Positions 50,798-56,562 of a stretch of 56,562 bases of DNA are shown here, piece after piece; within the stretch, counting starts at the first letter, position 1, and each line of letters begins with the position of its first letter. The DNA comes from Gemmatimonadota bacterium (GTDB lineage: Bacteria > Gemmatimonadota > Gemmatimonadetes > Gemmatimonadales > GWC2-71-9). A model generated the notes under the pieces. It had not been told where the DNA came from. It made no database searches and worked only from the letters and a program-made list of their open reading frames with translations. The stretch spans positions 1 through 56,562 of the forward strand of contig JBGQHV010000003.1 of the NCBI GenBank assembly GCA_041498155.1, written 5' to 3'. Position numbers and translations under genes: made by a program.

Positions 50798-53061
50798 GGC
50801 CGCCGCCGGCCCCATTCACCGGCGACCCACCGGTCACCCCGGCCCTGGCGCGCGAGCACAATCTCACCGGCGACGAATACAGCCGCATCGAGCGGCTCCT
50901 GGGAAGGACGCCGACGTTCACCGAGCTGGGGATCTTCTCCGCGCTGTGGAGCGAGCACTGCTCCTACAAGCACTCGAAACCCGTGCTGAAGACCTTTCCC
51001 ACCACCGGCCCGCAGGTAGTACAGGGCCCGGGTGAGAACGCCGGCGTGCTGCGCCTGCCCGAAGGCTGGGCGGTGGCATTCAAAATCGAATCTCACAATC
51101 ACCCTTCGGCAGTCGAGCCGTACCAGGGCGCCGCGACCGGAGCGGGCGGCATCCTCCGCGATGTCTTCACCATGGGGGCCCGGCCGGTCGCCCTGCTCAA
51201 CAGCCTGCGATTCGGACCGCTGGACGACGCCCGCAACCGCTACCTCTTCGCGGGCGTCGTCCGCGGCATCGGCGACTACGGAAACTGTGTCGGCGTGCCC
51301 ACCCTGGGAGGCGAGGTGGACTTCGCCCCGGGCTACTCGGGCAACCCCCTGGTGAACGCCATGTGCGTCGGGCTGCTCCGGGAGCGCGACCTGATCACGG
51401 CCGCCGCGCACGGCGTCGGGAACGTGCTGCTGGCCGTGGGAGCGCGGACCGGGCGTGATGGCATTCACGGAGCGTCCTTCGCCTCCGAGGAGCTGTCGCA
51501 GGACAGCGAACGGCGGCGACCGCAGGTGCAGGTCGGCGACCCCTTCACGGAGAAGCTGCTGTTGGAGGCGAGCCTCGAGCTCATCGGCTCGGGACATATC
51601 GTGGCGATCCAGGATATGGGGGCGGCCGGGCTCACCTCGTCCTCCGCTGAAATGGCCGCGCGCGGCGGCGTGGGTGTAGAGATCGATCTCTCGCTCGTTC
51701 CCACGCGCGAGCCGGGCATGACCCCCTACGAGATCCTGTTGTCCGAGTCACAGGAGCGCATGCTCGTCGTCGCGAAACACGACCGGGTCGCCCAGATCCA
51801 GGCGATCGCAGCGAAATGGGAGCTCGCCGCGATACCGATCGGCCGGGTCACCGACGATGGGATGTATCGCTGCACCTGGGGCACGCAGGTCGTGGTCGAG
51901 ATTCCGGGCCGCCCGCTCGTGGAGGAGGCCCCGGTCTACCACCCCGAGGCCCGTGAGGACGAGGCGGCGGTGCGGCGCCGCGCCGAACGTCCCACTCCCC
52001 GCTCCCCGCTCCCCGATGTCACCAAAGCGTTGCTCGCCCTCCTGGACCATCCCCCCATCGCGTCGAAACGCTGGGTGTTCGAGCAGTACGATTCGACCGT
52101 TCAGGCGGGAACGGTGATCGCTCCGGGAGGGGACGCCGGCGTGCTCCGCGCGCGGGGCGAGGCATTTGGCCTGGCCGTCACGACCGCGTGCAATTGGCGC
52201 TACGTCCGCCTGCGCCCCTACGAGGGCGGTAAGGCGGCGGTCGCCGAAGCGGCGCGCAACATCGCGTGCACCGGCGCGCGCCCCCTCGGCATCACCGATT
52301 GCCTGAACTTCGGCAACCCCGAGCGGCCCGCGGTCTTCTTTCAGTTCACGGAGGCTTGCCGTGGTATCGCCGACGCGTGCCGAGCGTTTGAAACGCCGGT
52401 GACGGGAGGCAACGTCTCCTTCTACAACGAGAGCCCGACCGGAGCCGTGGATCCGACCCCGGTGATCGGGATGATCGGTCTGCTTGACCGGGCCGAGCGT
52501 GCCGTCCCGAGCCACGCCCACGTGCCGGGCGATCGCGTGTTCATCCTCGGCCGCACCGGTGTGGAGATGGGCGGGTCGGCCTACTGGGAGGCGGTCCTGG
52601 AATGCCGGGGCGGTGAGCCCCCAACGGTCGATCTGGAGGCCGAGCGACGTCTCGTCACCTTGCTGGTGGCCGCTGCCGAGCGGGGCCTCCTCCGTTCGGC
52701 ACACGATTGCGCCGATGGGGGTCTGGGCGTCGCGCTGGCCGAAGTCGCCCTGGGAGGACCGTATCAGGACCACGGGTTCGGCCTGGACGTGAATCTCACA
52801 TCGTACGCCACGCCACTCCCCGCTCACGAGCTGCTGTTCAGCGAGACCCAGGCGCGTGCGGTGATCAGCTGCGCCCCCGAGCGCGCCGCGGCGATCACGG
52901 CGCTCGCTGCCGAGCACGGCGTACCGGTGTTCGAGGCGGGTGTCGTGGGTGATGGGAACGGCGCAGTGCGCCTGCGGCTGCGCGATGCGGAGATCGCGGA
53001 ACCCGTGGCACGGGTGCGCGAGGTATATTTTTCCGCAATCCCTCGGCGAATGGGCGACTGA
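50794..53061 (+). CDS. purL: FGAM synthase subunit PurL
   Basis: [46 protein letters not shown] at 50794. Confidence 0.97.
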   Translation: MRPPPAPFTGDPPVTPALAREHNLTGDEYSRIERLLGRTPTFTELGIFSALWSEHCSYKHSKPVLKTFPTTGPQVVQGPGENAGVLRLPEGWAVAFKIESHNHPSAVEPYQGAATGAGGILRDVFTMGARPVALLNSLRFGPLDDARNRYLFAGVVRGIGDYGNCVGVPTLGGEVDFAPGYSGNPLVNAMCVGLLRERDLITAAAHGVGNVLLAVGARTGRDGIHGASFASEELSQDSERRRPQVQVGDPFTEKLLLEASLELIGSGHIVAIQDMGAAGLTSSSAEMAARGGVGVEIDLSLVPTREPGMTPYEILLSESQERMLVVAKHDRVAQIQAIAAKWELAAIPIGRVTDDGMYRCTWGTQVVVEIPGRPLVEEAPVYHPEAREDEAAVRRRAERPTPRSPLPDVTKALLALLDHPPIASKRWVFEQYDSTVQAGTVIAPGGDAGVLRARGEAFGLAVTTACNWRYVRLRPYEGGKAAVAEAARNIACTGARPLGITDCLNFGNPERPAVFFQFTEACRGIADACRAFETPVTGGNVSFYNESPTGAVDPTPVIGMIGLLDRAERAVPSHAHVPGDRVFILGRTGVEMGGSAYWEAVLECRGGEPPTVDLEAERRLVTLLVAAAERGLLRSAHDCADGGLGVALAEVALGGPYQDHGFGLDVNLTSYATPLPAHELLFSETQARAVISCAPERAAAITALAAEHGVPVFEAGVVGDGNGAVRLRLRDAEIAEPVARVREVYFSAIPRRMGD

Positions 53062-53066
53062 GTCTC

Positions 53067-54464
53067 ATGTGCGGCATCATCGGCGTTTCCGGCATTCCCG
53101 ACGCGGCACGCGCCGCCTATCTCGGCTTGTATAGCCTGCAGCACCGTGGACAGGAGTCGGCGGGCCTGGTGACCGTGGACGGCGCCGGGGTGGCGCGCTC
53201 GCATCGCGGCATGGGCCTCGTCTCGGATGTGTTCTCGGAGACGGTACTCGCCGGCTTGCCCGGCGACGTGGCGATCGGGCACACCCGCTATTCCACCGCC
53301 GGCAGCTCGGTCCTCGCCAACGCCCAGCCGATCCTCGCGCGTTACCGCGAGGGTCCCCTGGCGCTCGGGCACAACGGGAATCTCACTAACGCCGCCCAGC
53401 TCCGTACCGATCTGGTCGACAAGGGCTCGATCTTCCAGACGTCATCGGACAGCGAGGTGCTGGTGCATCTCATCGCCCGCTCCGAGGCCCGCGAGATCGA
53501 AGACCAGATCCTCGATGCACTCGAGCGGGTGGAGGGCGCGTACTCGCTGGTACTGACCATCGGGCGCACCCTGTACGCGATCGTCGATGCCCGGGGCTTC
53601 CGTCCGCTCTGGCTCGGCCAGCTGGGCGGCGGCCACGTCGTCGCCTCGGAGACGTGCGCGTTCGATCTCATCGGCGCCACGCCGGTGCGGGAGCTCGAGC
53701 CCGGCGAATTCCTCCGCATCACCGGCGCGGAGGTGGACCGGCTGCCCCCGCTCCCCGCCAAGCCACACCACCGCTGCATCTTCGAGCTGGTGTACTTCTC
53801 GCGACCCGACAGCACGATCTTCGGCCGCTCCGTGGACCGCGTGCGCCGCGCGCTCGGCCGGGAGCTGGCGCGCGAGCATCCCGCGCCGGGCGCCGATTGC
53901 GTCTTTTCGGTGCCGGATTCCTCGAACGCGATGGCGCTGGGCTTCGCCGATGCAAGCGGGATCAAGTTGGAGCACGGTCTCATCCGGAATCACTACGTCG
54001 GGCGCACGTTCATCAACCCGACCCAGGCGGGCCGCAATTCCAAGGTGAAGATCAAGTTCAATCCGGTGCGCGACGTATTGGCGGGCAAACGCGTGGTGGT
54101 CGTGGACGATTCTCTCGTGCGCGGCACGACCAGCAAGGGACTGGTGCAGATGATCCGAGCCGCGGGGGCCACCGAGGTCCACTTCCGGGTCGCGTCGCCC
54201 CCGATCACGGGACCGTGCTACTACGGCATCGACACGCCGACCAAGTCCGAGCTGATCGCGTCCAGCCATACGATCGAGGACATTCGCCGCCATCTCGGGG
54301 TGGACACGCTGGGCTACCTGTCGCTCGACGGCATGGTGCGCGCCGCCGGCGGAGACCCGTCCGGATTCTGCCACGCCTGTTTCTCCGGCCAGTACCCGAC
54401 GCGGATCCCCGCCGATTCCGAGTCCGGGCGCCAGGCCGTTCCCCTCGTTCCCGTCATCGCCTAA
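53067..54464 (+). CDS. purF: Amidophosphoribosyltransferase
   Basis: MCGIIG, LQHRGQE, GHTRYSTAG, HNGNL, VVVDDSLVRGTT, CYYGID, CHACF. Confidence 0.98.
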   Translation: MCGIIGVSGIPDAARAAYLGLYSLQHRGQESAGLVTVDGAGVARSHRGMGLVSDVFSETVLAGLPGDVAIGHTRYSTAGSSVLANAQPILARYREGPLALGHNGNLTNAAQLRTDLVDKGSIFQTSSDSEVLVHLIARSEAREIEDQILDALERVEGAYSLVLTIGRTLYAIVDARGFRPLWLGQLGGGHVVASETCAFDLIGATPVRELEPGEFLRITGAEVDRLPPLPAKPHHRCIFELVYFSRPDSTIFGRSVDRVRRALGRELAREHPAPGADCVFSVPDSSNAMALGFADASGIKLEHGLIRNHYVGRTFINPTQAGRNSKVKIKFNPVRDVLAGKRVVVVDDSLVRGTTSKGLVQMIRAAGATEVHFRVASPPITGPCYYGIDTPTKSELIASSHTIEDIRRHLGVDTLGYLSLDGMVRAAGGDPSGFCHACFSGQYPTRIPADSESGRQAVPLVPVIA

Positions 54465-54487
54465 CTCTCTCTCACCCCACATCCGCC

Positions 54488-56562
<2,075 letters not shown>

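Overview
A GC-rich, gene-dense stretch of bacterial core chromosome. Gene content and order suggest Gemmatimonadota, but this is an inference. I see no rRNA, tRNA, CRISPR array or mobile element. From left to right: rplU (partial) and an Rne/Rng ribonuclease with a long structured leader; a prolyl oligopeptidase and a DUF1003 protein; an acyl-CoA dehydrogenase and a minimal RecQ; then a ~20 kb minus-strand run of mostly start/stop-coupled genes (PTS EIIA, aspS, phoH, 7TM-HD phosphodiesterase, ybeY, two CorC/HlyC genes, meaB, isobutyryl-CoA-mutase-like large subunit, aeRF1-like protein, B12-binding subunit, carboxyltransferase, TPP II-like S8 lipoprotein, split atuA, hydratase, a 50-aa membrane protein, bacilliredoxin, an orphan GroES-like gene). 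After that come a beta-barrel gene and rlmN; a trpD-[lexA inverted]-trpC-trpB-HEAT-HD-GYP-trpA-MCP-folK-panB-[TPR inverted]-panC-yqeK-lytR_C block; and a truA-tal-purB-purC-psd-pssA-purS-purQ-lipoprotein-Zn ribbon-purL-purF-ppdK block. Best leads: (1) a HEAT-repeat/HD-GYP pair sharing a paralogous N-terminal domain, plus a GAF chemoreceptor, coupled into the trp operon; (2) two TTCGG-N6-TTCGG direct-repeat boxes in the lexA promoter; (3) an aeRF1/Balon-like protein between the two subunits of a B12 mutase in an AtuA-containing acyl-CoA cluster; (4) a 4+4 octamer palindrome inserted in frame in meaB. All family assignments come from motif recognition by eye; no database searches were run.
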